Shown: positions 46,098 to 56,232 of the stretch, piece by piece
Numbering within the stretch: position 1 is the first letter of the stretch
Layout of the letters: every line of letters begins with the position of its first letter
Assembly (NCBI GenBank): GCA_016716475.1
Contig: JADJWG010000004.1
Span: forward strand, 852,725-916,724
Length of the DNA stretch: 64,000 nucleotides
Direction of reading: 5' to 3'
DNA from: Phycisphaerales bacterium
GTDB lineage: Bacteria > Planctomycetota > Phycisphaerae > UBA1845 > Fen-1342
Made by a program: the position numbers and the translations under genes
The notes under the pieces: model-generated
Told to the model about the DNA's origin: nothing
Database searches by the model: none
Seen by the model: only the letters and a program-made list of their open reading frames with translations

Positions 46098-46461
46098 TCA
46101 TTGCCCGCGCAGGATTCGCCAAGCGCGCCGTACCCGCGTGCCGCGGGACGATTGCGCCACTGTCATCATCGGCTGGCGGCAGGTGGGGCTCGACCTACTT
46201 AGCCCGTTGTGTGGGGGCCGCGGTACACAGATTCGGATCCTGCGGACGGCCGGCGAACGAGTGGCGGCGAGCGGCTGGAATATCGGCCGTGGGGTGCCAC
46301 TTTTTCGGCTACCCAACCGGAGAGTGTGAACATTTCCTACACTTGACCACGGAGGATGGAGACGCGCCGGCAGGCACGGAAGGCGTCGCGCTCTCCGCGT
46401 CGGCCGGGCGCTGCCCGGGGCGCTGCTTGAGTCCGGAAACCCGCGGAAGGGAGTCACGTCG

Positions 46462-46902
46462 ATGAACGACTGGAAACGGAACTTCGTGGAACGCCTCGGG
46501 CGTGTGCAGTCCCACTGGGCTACGCAATTTGACTCCGCCTTGGATGAGTCCGTGCAGCCCGTTTTCGAGGATCTGCATGCATTCCTGCGCGAGAACGGCC
46601 TCGTCGCGAGCATGCCGTTGCGGAGCGACGGGCGGCGGTCGTACAAATTTGAACTGGCCGAGGACACGTACCTGCTGATCATCTTCCGATCGGCGGCCGT
46701 GGGCGAGTTCGAATTGAACGCGCAATGGTTTGTGCTGGGGAGCGAGCCGGTGCTGGAGAAGTCGCACGAGCGGGTCGCAACGCTGAATGCCGCGTGGGCG
46801 GAACGCTGCTTCCAGCGGGCACTCGACCGGTTCGTGGAGCTGCTGGGGCGGCCGGTGGCCGACACCGTACCGGCCCGCGAGGAGCTGGTCGCGGTATCCT
46901 AA
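46462..46902 (+). CDS. Hypothetical protein (146 aa) upstream of phhA
   Basis: RBS GGAAGGGAG. No recognisable motifs. Confidence 0.5.
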   Translation: MNDWKRNFVERLGRVQSHWATQFDSALDESVQPVFEDLHAFLRENGLVASMPLRSDGRRSYKFELAEDTYLLIIFRSAAVGEFELNAQWFVLGSEPVLEKSHERVATLNAAWAERCFQRALDRFVELLGRPVADTVPAREELVAVS

Positions 46903-46991
46903 GCGCTGGGGTACAGGGCTCCTCGACCGGTGGTGGTAGCCGCCTTCCGGGCTGTCCGGCTAGAATCCGGGCGGCTCGAAAGGAGGCACCC

Positions 46992-47906
46992 ATGCCGACC
47001 ACTTCGCTGGGCCTGACCACGACCCGGGCACCGTTCATCGAGCAGGCCCGGGCCTCCGATCAGCTCTTTATCACGCAACCGTACGAGCTGTACAGCGAAG
47101 ATAACCATGCCACCTGGCAACGGCTGTACGCGCGTTTGCGACCGCGTTGGGAACGCTATGCCAACGCGCGCTTTCTCCAGGGGATCGAGAATCTGGCGCT
47201 GGACCCCGAACGCGTCCCGCGGCTCGAGGACATCAACCGTTTCCTGAGTCCGCTGAGCGGCTTCACCGCAAAGGCCGTGAGCGGCTACGTGCCCGCTTAC
47301 CAGTTCTTCGATTGCCTGCGGTGCCGGGCGTTTCCGACCACGATTACGATCCGCGACGGCGCGACCCTCGATTATCTGCCCGAGCCGGACATCTTCCACG
47401 ACGTCGCCGGCCATGTGCCCATGCACACGGACGCGGTCTTCGCCGATGTGCTGGTCCGGTTTGGCGAGGTGGCGCGGCGGGCGGCAGAGCTGGCGCGCGA
47501 AATCCGCGATGAGCACGAACGCACACGGGTCGTCGAGAGCAAGATCAAGGCGATGGCGCGTTTTTTCTGGTTCACCGTGGAGTTCGGTCTGATGCGCGAC
47601 CGTGGCGGCTTGCGGGCTTACGGCAGCGGGCTGCTGAGTTCGTTCGGTGAATTGGAGCACTGCATCGAGTCGCCGGTCGTGCAGCGTTACCCTTTCCAGC
47701 TCGAGTGGGTGGTGAACCAGTACTTCGAGATCAACCATTACCAGCCGTTGCTGTTCATTGTCGATTCGTTTGACCATCTCTTCTCCCAGGTTGACGAGCT
47801 GGAGCGCTGGTTGCTGGACAGTCGGCTCAGCAATGTCAGCCCCGGCGAACCGCACGTGGACGAGGCCGACCTCCAGTCGTTCCTGCATGCGCAGCTCGAT
47901 GGGTAA
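46992..47906 (+). CDS. phhA: Phenylalanine-4-hydroxylase (biopterin-dependent aromatic amino acid hydroxylase, short bacterial form)
   Basis: RBS AAAGGAGG. EPDIFHDVAGHVPMH (iron-binding His pair) and YGSGLLSSFGEL motifs. Confidence 0.8.
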   Translation: MPTTSLGLTTTRAPFIEQARASDQLFITQPYELYSEDNHATWQRLYARLRPRWERYANARFLQGIENLALDPERVPRLEDINRFLSPLSGFTAKAVSGYVPAYQFFDCLRCRAFPTTITIRDGATLDYLPEPDIFHDVAGHVPMHTDAVFADVLVRFGEVARRAAELAREIRDEHERTRVVESKIKAMARFFWFTVEFGLMRDRGGLRAYGSGLLSSFGELEHCIESPVVQRYPFQLEWVVNQYFEINHYQPLLFIVDSFDHLFSQVDELERWLLDSRLSNVSPGEPHVDEADLQSFLHAQLDG

Positions 47907-47970
47907 GCGCGTGGCATGACGTGGCGCTTGCGGGCGGGTACCATTCGCGCCCGAGTTCCACGGGATCACC

Positions 47971-49137
47971 ATGACCACTGCTACCCCTGCCGATTCGCCG
48001 GTCCTCGTCTCACTGGCGGCGGTGACGTGGGATTTTCGGCTGGTCGGGCGCACGCGCATGCTCACCGAGGCGTGGCTGGCGGCTGGCGAGCCGACGTGCT
48101 TTGTGCAGGTGCCATCGCTGCGGACCGGGTGGGAACGCCTGCGGGACCGGCTGCGTGGTGCCGCTCTTCCGCACGTCGTACGGCCGTGGCCGACTTTTCC
48201 GGCGCGGTGGTGGCAGCGCATCGGTGCGCGCGGTGTCGGGGCCGCGGCGCGGGCGGCGGGCCGCGAGTTGCGGCGTCAGCTCGAGCGCAAACTGGACTTG
48301 CGCGCCGCGGTCGCCTTGGTGGTCACGCCGGGATGGGAACCCTGGCTCGATATGTTGCCGTTCGGACGGGTGGTGTACGACTGCATTGATGACCTCGCCG
48401 TACACGTGCCACGGAAGGAGTTGGCGCCACAATTCGCAGCGTGGGAGCGGGCCCTCGTGGCGCGGTCGAGCGGCGGGGTTGTCGTCGCGGAGCGCCTGGG
48501 CACGCGGCTTCGGGCCCAGCGTCCGGAACTTCCGCTGGCCACGATCCGTAACGGTGTGGATGCGGCGCTGTTTGCGGAGCGTGCGGCAGCGCTGCCGCGG
48601 CCGGTGGACGTGCCCGCGGATCGTAGCGTGGTTGGGTTTGTGGGAGCGCTGTACGAGTGGATCGACTGGGAGATGATCCGGGTGGTGGCGCACGCGCTGC
48701 CGGACGTCGCGTTTGTGCTGATCGGGCCGGAGGACGGGCGCGGCTCCCCCCACGTACTGGCGAGCCTCCCGAACGTACACCTGCTCGGACCGCGACCCTA
48801 CGCGCAGGTACCGGCGTACATGGCGGCCTTCACGGCCGGTTGGGTGCCGTTCCTACAGGATGAAATCGGTGCGGCCGCGAACCCGGTGAAGATCTACGAG
48901 TACTTCGCGGTGGGTTGTCCCGTGGTGACGACGCCGGTGGCCGATACCGAACTGTTCGGAGATCTGGCGGTGGTCGTGCGGACGCCGGAGGAAGCGGTGG
49001 CGGCGCTGCGGACCGTGCTTTTGGAAGGGGCTGCCCGGGCGAGTGAACGGCGCGCGTTCGCGCGAGCCAACGACTGGAGCGTGCGGGCTCGGGAGTATGT
49101 AGCGTTCGTGCGAACGATCGGAAAGGGCAGTGCCTAG
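47971..49137 (+). CDS. GT4-family (GT-B) glycosyltransferase
   Basis: C-terminal EIGAAANPVKIYEYFAVGCPVV matches the GT4 E-x7-E region. Confidence 0.75.
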   Translation: MTTATPADSPVLVSLAAVTWDFRLVGRTRMLTEAWLAAGEPTCFVQVPSLRTGWERLRDRLRGAALPHVVRPWPTFPARWWQRIGARGVGAAARAAGRELRRQLERKLDLRAAVALVVTPGWEPWLDMLPFGRVVYDCIDDLAVHVPRKELAPQFAAWERALVARSSGGVVVAERLGTRLRAQRPELPLATIRNGVDAALFAERAAALPRPVDVPADRSVVGFVGALYEWIDWEMIRVVAHALPDVAFVLIGPEDGRGSPHVLASLPNVHLLGPRPYAQVPAYMAAFTAGWVPFLQDEIGAAANPVKIYEYFAVGCPVVTTPVADTELFGDLAVVVRTPEEAVAALRTVLLEGAARASERRAFARANDWSVRAREYVAFVRTIGKGSA

Positions 49138-49186
49138 GTCGCACTCGTCCGGGCAGGGCTTCCCGCGGGGGGGTAAGAGGTGAGTA

Positions 49187-50290
49187 TCAGCACTGGCGTG
49201 TGTTACGGATCGCGAGCTCGTACCCTTCGATCGTGCGCGTCGCCGCGGCCTCCCAGGTGAACTCTTCTGCGATACGCGATGCGAGGCGCGGCTCCGGGCC
49301 CGTGGCGAGCGCGGCGCGCACCGCCGCAGCGATGCTCTGCACATCGCCCGGTTCGGCATAATGCGCCTGCCCAGCGAAGTATTCCCGCGTACTGCCGCCG
49401 GGAGTGACCACCAGCGCGCAGCCGCACAGGCCGGCTTCCAGACTCGCGAGCCCCGGGGTTTCGTACCAGCTTACGCACGCATGCACGGTGGCGCGCTCGT
49501 AGAATCCGCGCAAGGCCTCTGCCGGCTGGGCAGGCACAAAGCGCACGTGCGCGGGGGCCACGCGGCGGCACGCGTCGTAGTATCCTTGGCTGTAGCGGCC
49601 GGGCTGGCCTACGAAAGTGAGTGGTATCTGCGTGTCCGCCAGCGCGTGCAGCAGAGCGAGCTGGTTCTTACGCGGCTCAATACGACCAATGCAGACCACC
49701 CCACTCCGCACGCCGGGGTTGCGCGGCAGGCCGAAGAGGTCCGCATCGGCGGCATTGGGCACGGGTACGACGGGACGCACCGTCCCGAAGCGGTCCGCGA
49801 TCACATCCGCCTCGGTGCGGCTGTTGGGCAACAGCACGGCCATCGATTGCAAGAGCGCTACGGCCCGCTGCCGGAAGCTGAATCGCCCGGGGGTCCAGGT
49901 GGGCATGCGCCGCTGCTCGCAGCAGTGCAGCAGGTAGCGCTGGAACAGGCGCAGGTCCTGGTAACGGGAGCTGCCGACCCGCCTTGCGAGCCAACCCTGA
50001 ACGCCCACCCGGGCTTGACGGTCGAACTCGTCACAGGGCCAGTAGATTGTGCTGAGCACGGCGGGCAGACCGGCCGCGGCAAGCCGGGCGGAATGCTCGG
50101 TGTTCTCCCAGAGCCGATCGAGGTGGAAGAGATGGGCGACATCGAAACCACCCAGGTCTTGGGGGCAGGTGTCGGCGAATTCGACCTCGACGCCGCGAGT
50201 GCGAACCGCGGCGGCCGTCTTCAGAATCTGGGTGGTGTCCCCGCCGGGGTGCTGGGTGAGGTTGCGTCGCACGAGCCAGAGCGCGCGCAT
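49187..50290 (-). CDS. GT4-family glycosyltransferase
   Basis: GRIEPRKN and ETPGLASLEAGLCGCALVVT motifs. Confidence 0.75.
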   Translation of the reverse strand: MRALWLVRRNLTQHPGGDTTQILKTAAAVRTRGVEVEFADTCPQDLGGFDVAHLFHLDRLWENTEHSARLAAAGLPAVLSTIYWPCDEFDRQARVGVQGWLARRVGSSRYQDLRLFQRYLLHCCEQRRMPTWTPGRFSFRQRAVALLQSMAVLLPNSRTEADVIADRFGTVRPVVPVPNAADADLFGLPRNPGVRSGVVCIGRIEPRKNQLALLHALADTQIPLTFVGQPGRYSQGYYDACRRVAPAHVRFVPAQPAEALRGFYERATVHACVSWYETPGLASLEAGLCGCALVVTPGGSTREYFAGQAHYAEPGDVQSIAAAVRAALATGPEPRLASRIAEEFTWEAAATRTIEGYELAIRNTRQC

Positions 50291-50291
50291 G

Positions 50292-51452
50292 TCACTTGGA
50301 CTCCAGCACGCGTTCACCAGGTGGATCGAAGGCCGCTTGGGTGAGCTGCCCGGTCAGGAGAACTTCGGCGATGCGTTCGCTCGCGCGGCCGTCTCCATAG
50401 ACGTTCCGGGGGGTGGCCATCGCGGCATAACTGGCGCTGTCGGGGCGCAGCAGTTCCATGGCCGTGGCGACGATCGTGTCCGTGTCGGTACCGACGAGTC
50501 GTACCGCACCGGCGGCGATGGCCTCCGGCCGTTCGGTTTTTTCGCGCAGGACAAGGACGGGTTTACCGAGGGCGGGGGCCTCCTCCTGGATGCCGCCAGA
50601 GTCGGTGAGCACGAGCTCGGCGCGTTGCAACAGTGCGACGAAAGTGGCGTAATCCTGGGGCGCGACCAGCCGTACGCGGGGACAGTTGCCCAGCGTCGCG
50701 TGGGCGACTTCACGCACCTGCGGGTTAAGATGAACCGGGTAGAGCAGGCAGACATCCGTGTGTTGCTCCGCAATGCGGCGCAAGGCGGCGCAGATTGCAC
50801 GGAATGGCGCGCCAAAGCTCTCGCGGCGGTGCGCGGTGACGAGGATGAGCCGGGCCGCGCCAGGATCAAGTTCCGGCGGCAGCGGGCGCGTCGCGACGCG
50901 CCTGGCCATCCAGCGCAGGGCATCGACGACCGTATTGCCCGTCAGGTAGATGCGCTCCGGCCGGATACCCTCGGTGCGCAGGTTGTCGGCCGCACCACGC
51001 GTCGGGACAAAGTGGTCGTCGGCGACCACACCGGTGACGCGCCGCTGTGCCTCCTCCGGGAACGGTGCGCGGCGGTCATGGGTCCGCAGGCCGGCTTCAA
51101 CGTGGGCAACCCGCCTGCCCGCGAGAAAGCCCGCCAGCGCCGCCGCCATGACGGTCGTGGTGTCGCCCTGAACGACCACGGCGTCGGGCTGTGTGTCGGC
51201 CAGCACGGGGTGCAGGGCGAGCAGCAATCGGCCGAGCAACTCGGTGGGGTGCTGCCCCGGTTGCATGACCTGCAGATCGAGATCGGGCTGGAGGTCGAAC
51301 GAGGCGAGGGTCTGGGCGAGCATTTCACGGTGCTGCCCGGTCGAGCAAAGGGTGAGCTGGGCCCCTTCCGGCCGCGCCCGCAGCGCATGCACCACCGGGG
51401 CGAGCTTGATGACCTCTGGCCGCGTGCCGAAAACGATCAGGATACGCTTCAC
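50292..51452 (-). CDS. wecB: UDP-N-acetylglucosamine 2-epimerase (non-hydrolysing)
   Basis: KRILIVFGTRPEVIKLAPV, HVEAGLRT, LTDSGGIQEEAPALGKPVLVLR. Confidence 0.85.
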   Translation of the reverse strand: MKRILIVFGTRPEVIKLAPVVHALRARPEGAQLTLCSTGQHREMLAQTLASFDLQPDLDLQVMQPGQHPTELLGRLLLALHPVLADTQPDAVVVQGDTTTVMAAALAGFLAGRRVAHVEAGLRTHDRRAPFPEEAQRRVTGVVADDHFVPTRGAADNLRTEGIRPERIYLTGNTVVDALRWMARRVATRPLPPELDPGAARLILVTAHRRESFGAPFRAICAALRRIAEQHTDVCLLYPVHLNPQVREVAHATLGNCPRVRLVAPQDYATFVALLQRAELVLTDSGGIQEEAPALGKPVLVLREKTERPEAIAAGAVRLVGTDTDTIVATAMELLRPDSASYAAMATPRNVYGDGRASERIAEVLLTGQLTQAAFDPPGERVLESK

Positions 51453-52981
51453 CGGCCGGCCTCGCTGCGCAGAAGTGTGTGGGCGGCGAGCAGTAACTCC
51501 TGGGTGGTGTGAAGCTGCGCCGCGGTCGTACGCAAGTTGCCGACGGAAAGATGCAGAACGTACCGGCCGCGTAGGCGCGTATGCGAGATGAAGACGCGCC
51601 CGTCGGCGTTGACGAGCGCCAGCAGGCGTTCATTGAAGGCGTCTTGCTCCTCGGGTGGCAGCGGTGGGACAGCGCGGAAGCACACGGTGCCGAACGGGAC
51701 GGGCGCGGAGAGCTCGAAATGCGACTGGCGCTCGATCCAGGCGGCGAAGTCGCGGGCGAGCCCGCACTGAAAGCGGATGCGTGCCTGCAGGCCACTGACG
51801 CCAAATGCTTTCAGTACCATCCAGAGTTTCAGGGATCGGAAACGCCGGCCGAGCTGCACGCCGTAATCCATCAGGTTCGTGACGCCGACTTCATTCGTCA
51901 TCAGGTAATCAGGAATGACAGAGAAGGCCCGTCGCAGCAGGGCGGGTTCGCGAACGAAGAGCAGGGAGCAGTCCACCGGCACGAACAGCCACTTGTGCGG
52001 ATTGGTAACGATCGAGTCCGCCAGCTCGATACCAGCGAAGAGCGGGCGGTACTCCGGACAGATGCTCGCTGCCAGTGCGTACGCCCCGTCCACGTGGAGC
52101 CACAGGTTCTCGCGCCGGGCGATGGCCGCGATCTCCGGCAGAGGGTCGACCGAGGTCGTCGAAGTGGTGCCGACGGTCGCCACGATGGCAAGTGGGTAGC
52201 GACCGGCGGCCTGGTCGGCCGCCAGCGCGGCTGCGAGCCGGTCCACGCGCAGCCGGAAGGCGCCGTCACTTTCGATGCGGCGGAGATTCTCCAGGCCGAG
52301 CCCGAGCGTAATCATCGCCTTGTCGATGGATGAGTGTGCCTGGTCGCTGCAATAGACCGTGAGGGGTGGAACGTCGGTGCGGCCGGCGAGACCGCGGCGC
52401 CGCAGCTCGAACGGGGCTCGTTCGCGTGCCGCGGCGAGGGCCAGCAGCGAACTGAGGGAGGCCGTGTCGTTGATGTGACCACAGAAGTCACCGGGTAGGC
52501 CGAGCATCTGGCGGTACCAGTCGCAGGCGTGTTCCTCGAGTTCGGTCTGCGCAGGTCCGGTGCGCCAGAGCATGGCATTGACATTCAGCGCCGCCGCGAG
52601 TGTTTCCGCGAGGATACCGGGGCCGGAGCCGGTCACCGGGAAATAGGCCATAAATCCGGGGTGATTCCAATGGGTTGTGCGGGGGGGAATCTGCCGCTCG
52701 AAATCCGCGAGGATTTCGTCGAGTGGCTCGCGCTCTTGCGGCGGTGTGGGCGGGAGCGCGCGGCGGAGATCGCCCGGAACCATGGACGGCAGGACCGGGT
52801 AGCGTTCGACTCCTTCGAGGTAGTCGGCAACCCAATCGGCGGCTTGGTGCATGGCCGCACGGAAGGCGGCGGGGTCCACGTCGCCAGGGTGGGGGGCCTG
52901 GGGGGGGCGAAGCGCAGGGTTGGCCGACTGCGCGGTGGGCGGCTGCGGGGTCTGGGGCGTACTGCTCATGGGGCCTCTCAT
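51449..52981 (-). CDS. Group II PLP-dependent decarboxylase (aromatic-L-amino-acid/tyrosine decarboxylase-like)
   Basis: SIVTNPHKWL (PLP-lysine), HVDGAYA. Overall DDC-family layout. An alternative start at 52969 is possible. Confidence 0.8.
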   Translation of the reverse strand: MRGPMSSTPQTPQPPTAQSANPALRPPQAPHPGDVDPAAFRAAMHQAADWVADYLEGVERYPVLPSMVPGDLRRALPPTPPQEREPLDEILADFERQIPPRTTHWNHPGFMAYFPVTGSGPGILAETLAAALNVNAMLWRTGPAQTELEEHACDWYRQMLGLPGDFCGHINDTASLSSLLALAAARERAPFELRRRGLAGRTDVPPLTVYCSDQAHSSIDKAMITLGLGLENLRRIESDGAFRLRVDRLAAALAADQAAGRYPLAIVATVGTTSTTSVDPLPEIAAIARRENLWLHVDGAYALAASICPEYRPLFAGIELADSIVTNPHKWLFVPVDCSLLFVREPALLRRAFSVIPDYLMTNEVGVTNLMDYGVQLGRRFRSLKLWMVLKAFGVSGLQARIRFQCGLARDFAAWIERQSHFELSAPVPFGTVCFRAVPPLPPEEQDAFNERLLALVNADGRVFISHTRLRGRYVLHLSVGNLRTTAAQLHTTQELLLAAHTLLRSEAGR

Positions 52982-53166
52982 GGGGCACCCCGCCAGTGGG
53001 GTTGATCAGAAAAATTCGCCGGAATCAGGTATTATTGGCCCGGGTCAAGGCGGCGTCTACCGGGTTGGGCGTGGGGCGCGGCTCTCGCGCTTGTGGCTTG
53101 GGTTGGGCGTGGGGGATTGCCGATAACCGGTGATAGGAGCGTGTTGTTGCTGCAGCGCTGCGCGAG

Positions 53167-54567
53167 GTGCCCGTGCCGAGTCCACGCCCGACGAATCCCG
53201 CTACGGCTGACGGTGAGTTGAGCCAGGAGTTTGCAGAGCGGCTGACGGGCCTCTCGGGCCGGGTCGGGGAACTGTGCAACGAGTTTGACCAGTTGCAGAC
53301 CGTCTTGCGTAGCGAGACGGAAGCACTGGAGCGGCAACAGGTCGAGCTGTCCGAGTTGGTCGCACGCACCGAGGAGCGCGGCCGGGAGCTGCGTACCAAG
53401 ACCGAGAAGCTCGACCGGATCGAGTCCGAGCTGCGGCGGCGGATGGAGGAATTGCAGACTCGGAAGCGGGAGTTCGACCAGCAACGCACCGCGTTCGAGG
53501 AACAGCGGGTTGCGTTCGAGTTGCGGCAGGGGGAGATCCAGGAACGGTCGCAGGCGTTCGAGGAAATCGAATCCGCCCTGAAGGAGCGCGAAGCGGAGTT
53601 GCAGGCGCGCGAGGAGGCCTGTGCAGTCCGGGCGCGCGAGTTAACCGCACAGGAAAACGGCTGCGGGGAGCGTGAGGCCGAGCTAGCCGAGCGGCGCAGC
53701 TACATCGAGGAATCACAGGAGACGCTCGGACACGAGGAAGAACAGGTTCGTAAGCGCGAGGCCGCGCTGGCCGCCCGCACCGAGATGCTCGAACAGCGTC
53801 GTGCTGAAGTGGTCAGTGAAGAAGAGCGACTGCTCCAGCGCGAGGCCGCACTTGCGGCGCGGGCCAAGGACTACCAGGGGCGACGGGCATTGCTGGCACA
53901 GAAGGGTGGTGCGAACCGGGAGGTGGGCGAGCCGCGGGACGCGCACCAGCAGCAGCGCGAGGCCGAGTTGGTCGCCCGCGTGCAGGAACTGGAATCGGTC
54001 GTCGCCGCGTTGCAGGCGGGGGCGGGCGATGCAGCCGCCCCTGAGGACGATGACGGCGTAGCGGAGCGGCAGGCGGCGCTCGCTCGGCGGGAGGCCGAAC
54101 TGCACGCCTGGGAGGAACGGCTTGAGCAGCGTGCAACCGTCGGTGGTGGGGCGTCCCCGGACGGAGGCGCCGAGGAATTGCAGCACCGCAGCGGCGAATT
54201 GTCGCTGCAGCGTGAAACGCTGGCGCTGGAGGAGGAAGAACTGAAACTGCGTCGTGCACGGCTCGACGACTTCCGTGCACAGCTTGAAGCCGAGGAGAGC
54301 GGAATCGGACTGGCACACGATGGGCTTGCCAATCTTGCACCGGCCGAGGTCGCGGGTGACGCAGAAACGCCCCCCACCGAAGCAGCAGAAGAGCAGGTCG
54401 ATGAATCTCAACTTTCCCCCCAGCAGCAGCAGAAGCTCCGCGTCCTGCGGCGCATCACCGGCGGCCGTGTGAGTGATCGTGACCTGCTGGCCCGCCTGGA
54501 GAGTGACGGTGCAGCGGATCCGGCCCCGGCGGAGCGGAAGAAGCGCAGCCGCTGGTGGGGCGGGTAA
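53167..54567 (+). CDS. Hypothetical E/R/Q/A-rich coiled-coil protein
   Basis: Continuous heptad-like ELQ/EAEL repeats over about 400 aa. GTG start. Confidence 0.5.
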   Translation: MPVPSPRPTNPATADGELSQEFAERLTGLSGRVGELCNEFDQLQTVLRSETEALERQQVELSELVARTEERGRELRTKTEKLDRIESELRRRMEELQTRKREFDQQRTAFEEQRVAFELRQGEIQERSQAFEEIESALKEREAELQAREEACAVRARELTAQENGCGEREAELAERRSYIEESQETLGHEEEQVRKREAALAARTEMLEQRRAEVVSEEERLLQREAALAARAKDYQGRRALLAQKGGANREVGEPRDAHQQQREAELVARVQELESVVAALQAGAGDAAAPEDDDGVAERQAALARREAELHAWEERLEQRATVGGGASPDGGAEELQHRSGELSLQRETLALEEEELKLRRARLDDFRAQLEAEESGIGLAHDGLANLAPAEVAGDAETPPTEAAEEQVDESQLSPQQQQKLRVLRRITGGRVSDRDLLARLESDGAADPAPAERKKRSRWWGG

Positions 54568-54679
54568 CCAGCGTCCTGCGGGTGTTTGTCGCAGGGTCCA
54601 CCGCGCGCGGTGCTGGAGGGACACGCTATACTGTCACTACGGTGTATGTTGCTGTTGCCGGCGCGTGCAGGGAGCCCGC

Positions 54680-55228
54680 GTGTCGCTCGATCTCGCCAAG
54701 CTGTACATCATTCATTACCCCGACCCGCGCCTGCGCAAGCGGAGTGCTGCGATCACGGAATTCGCCCCGGACCTTGCGGCGTTTGCCGCCCGGATGCACG
54801 AGTTGATGCGCACCGGGCGGGGTGTGGGGCTGGCCGCGCCGCAGGTCGGGGTGAACGTGCGGCTGTTCGTCCTGAACCCGACGGGTGAGCCGCAGGACGG
54901 GCTGACGCTCGTGAATCCGGAATTGCACGATCCGGAGGGGCTGGTCGAAGCCGAGGAGGGTTGCCTGTCCATCCCCGCCGTCGCGGTGCAGGTGCGGCGC
55001 GCGCAGCGGCTGCGTGTGACGGCGCAGGACGTTCAAGGTCGGCCGTTCGAATTCATCGCCGAAGATCTCGTCGCGCGCATCTGCCAGCATGAAACGGACC
55101 ATCTCGAAGGCGTGCTCATTCTTGACAAGCAGGGGCCGACGGACGAGATCGCGAATCGCAAAGTGGTCCGCGCGCTCGAGGATGCGTGGCGGGAGCGTTA
55201 CGGGCGCTTGCCGGTAGGCCGGCGCTGA
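54680..55228 (+). CDS. def: Peptide deformylase
   Basis: GVGLAAPQVG, EGCLSIP, HETDHLEG. GTG start with AGGGAG RBS. Confidence 0.85.
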   Translation: MSLDLAKLYIIHYPDPRLRKRSAAITEFAPDLAAFAARMHELMRTGRGVGLAAPQVGVNVRLFVLNPTGEPQDGLTLVNPELHDPEGLVEAEEGCLSIPAVAVQVRRAQRLRVTAQDVQGRPFEFIAEDLVARICQHETDHLEGVLILDKQGPTDEIANRKVVRALEDAWRERYGRLPVGRR

Positions 55229-55275
55229 ACCCCGCGGCCGCTGCCCCGGCGCAGCCGGCCGCAGATGGCGCGAGC

Positions 55276-56232
55276 ATGCGGATTGCTTTTCTCGGAACGG
55301 GTGACTTCGCCGTGCCGGCCTTACGGCGCCTGCACGCCGCCGGACACACGCTTGTCGTGGTGATCAGCCAGCCCGATCGTGCGGCGGGCCGGGGCCGCGC
55401 CGTGCAACCGACGCCGGTGCGTGCAGCGGCGCTCGAGCTTGGCCTGCGCCACGTGCCAACCGCGGACATCAATGGGCTGCCGCCCGCCGATCTGCTCAGC
55501 GGGGCGGATATCGGCGTGGTGGCCGCATTCGGACAAAAACTGGGGCCGGCACTGCTCGGGGCGGTGCCGCGCGGTTTTGTGAACATTCACGGATCCCTGT
55601 TGCCCAAGTATCGCGGGGCAGCGCCGTATCAATGGGCCATCCTCTCCGGTGAAACAGTGACGGGGGTTACGATCTTCCAACTCAACGAGCGCTGGGACGC
55701 CGGGTCGGTTTGGGCAAGTCGCGAGACCCCGATCGACCCGCGCGAGACGGCGGACGAGTTGCATGACCGCCTCGCGTTACTGGGCGCGGCGGCAATTGTG
55801 GACGTGCTGCCGGCAATCGCCGCGGGCCGGCTCGAGCCGCAAACTCAGGATGCGCAGCAAGCCACCCGCGCACCTAAGCTGCGCAAGTCCGACGGATACG
55901 TGGACTGGTCTGCGACGGCCGCCGAGGTCGTCCGCCGGATCCACGGCCTGTGGTCGTGGCCGGCGGTGGCATGTGCCTATGTGGGCCGTGACCAGCGGCG
56001 CGAACGACTCCTGCTGGCGCGCGCGGAAGTTGCGGACGGCGTCACACCTGTGTCCCAGCAGTGGCGACCCGGCGCGTTTCACCCCGATCGTACGATACAG
56101 GCAGGCATCGGCCGGGTACGATTGCTCGAGGTGAAGCCGGCCGGCAAGTCCCTGATGCCCTTCGCGGCGTTCGCGAACGGTCGGGCGATTGCACCGCCAG
56201 ACCGGCTCGATGCACCCGAAGCGGACATATGA
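55276..56232 (+). CDS. fmt: Methionyl-tRNA formyltransferase
   Basis: MRIAFLGTGDFAVP, NIHGSLLPKYRGAAP. Classic def-fmt adjacency. Confidence 0.85.
   Translation: MRIAFLGTGDFAVPALRRLHAAGHTLVVVISQPDRAAGRGRAVQPTPVRAAALELGLRHVPTADINGLPPADLLSGADIGVVAAFGQKLGPALLGAVPRGFVNIHGSLLPKYRGAAPYQWAILSGETVTGVTIFQLNERWDAGSVWASRETPIDPRETADELHDRLALLGAAAIVDVLPAIAAGRLEPQTQDAQQATRAPKLRKSDGYVDWSATAAEVVRRIHGLWSWPAVACAYVGRDQRRERLLLARAEVADGVTPVSQQWRPGAFHPDRTIQAGIGRVRLLEVKPAGKSLMPFAAFANGRAIAPPDRLDAPEADI

Noticed and set aside
46356-46430. 24-codon Arg-rich upstream ORF (METRRQARKASRSPRRPGAARGAA) with ACGGAGG RBS
   Set aside because: Could be a leader peptide for the 46462 gene, but the composition is what random GC-rich sequence yields and there is no attenuator structure. 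Insufficient evidence.
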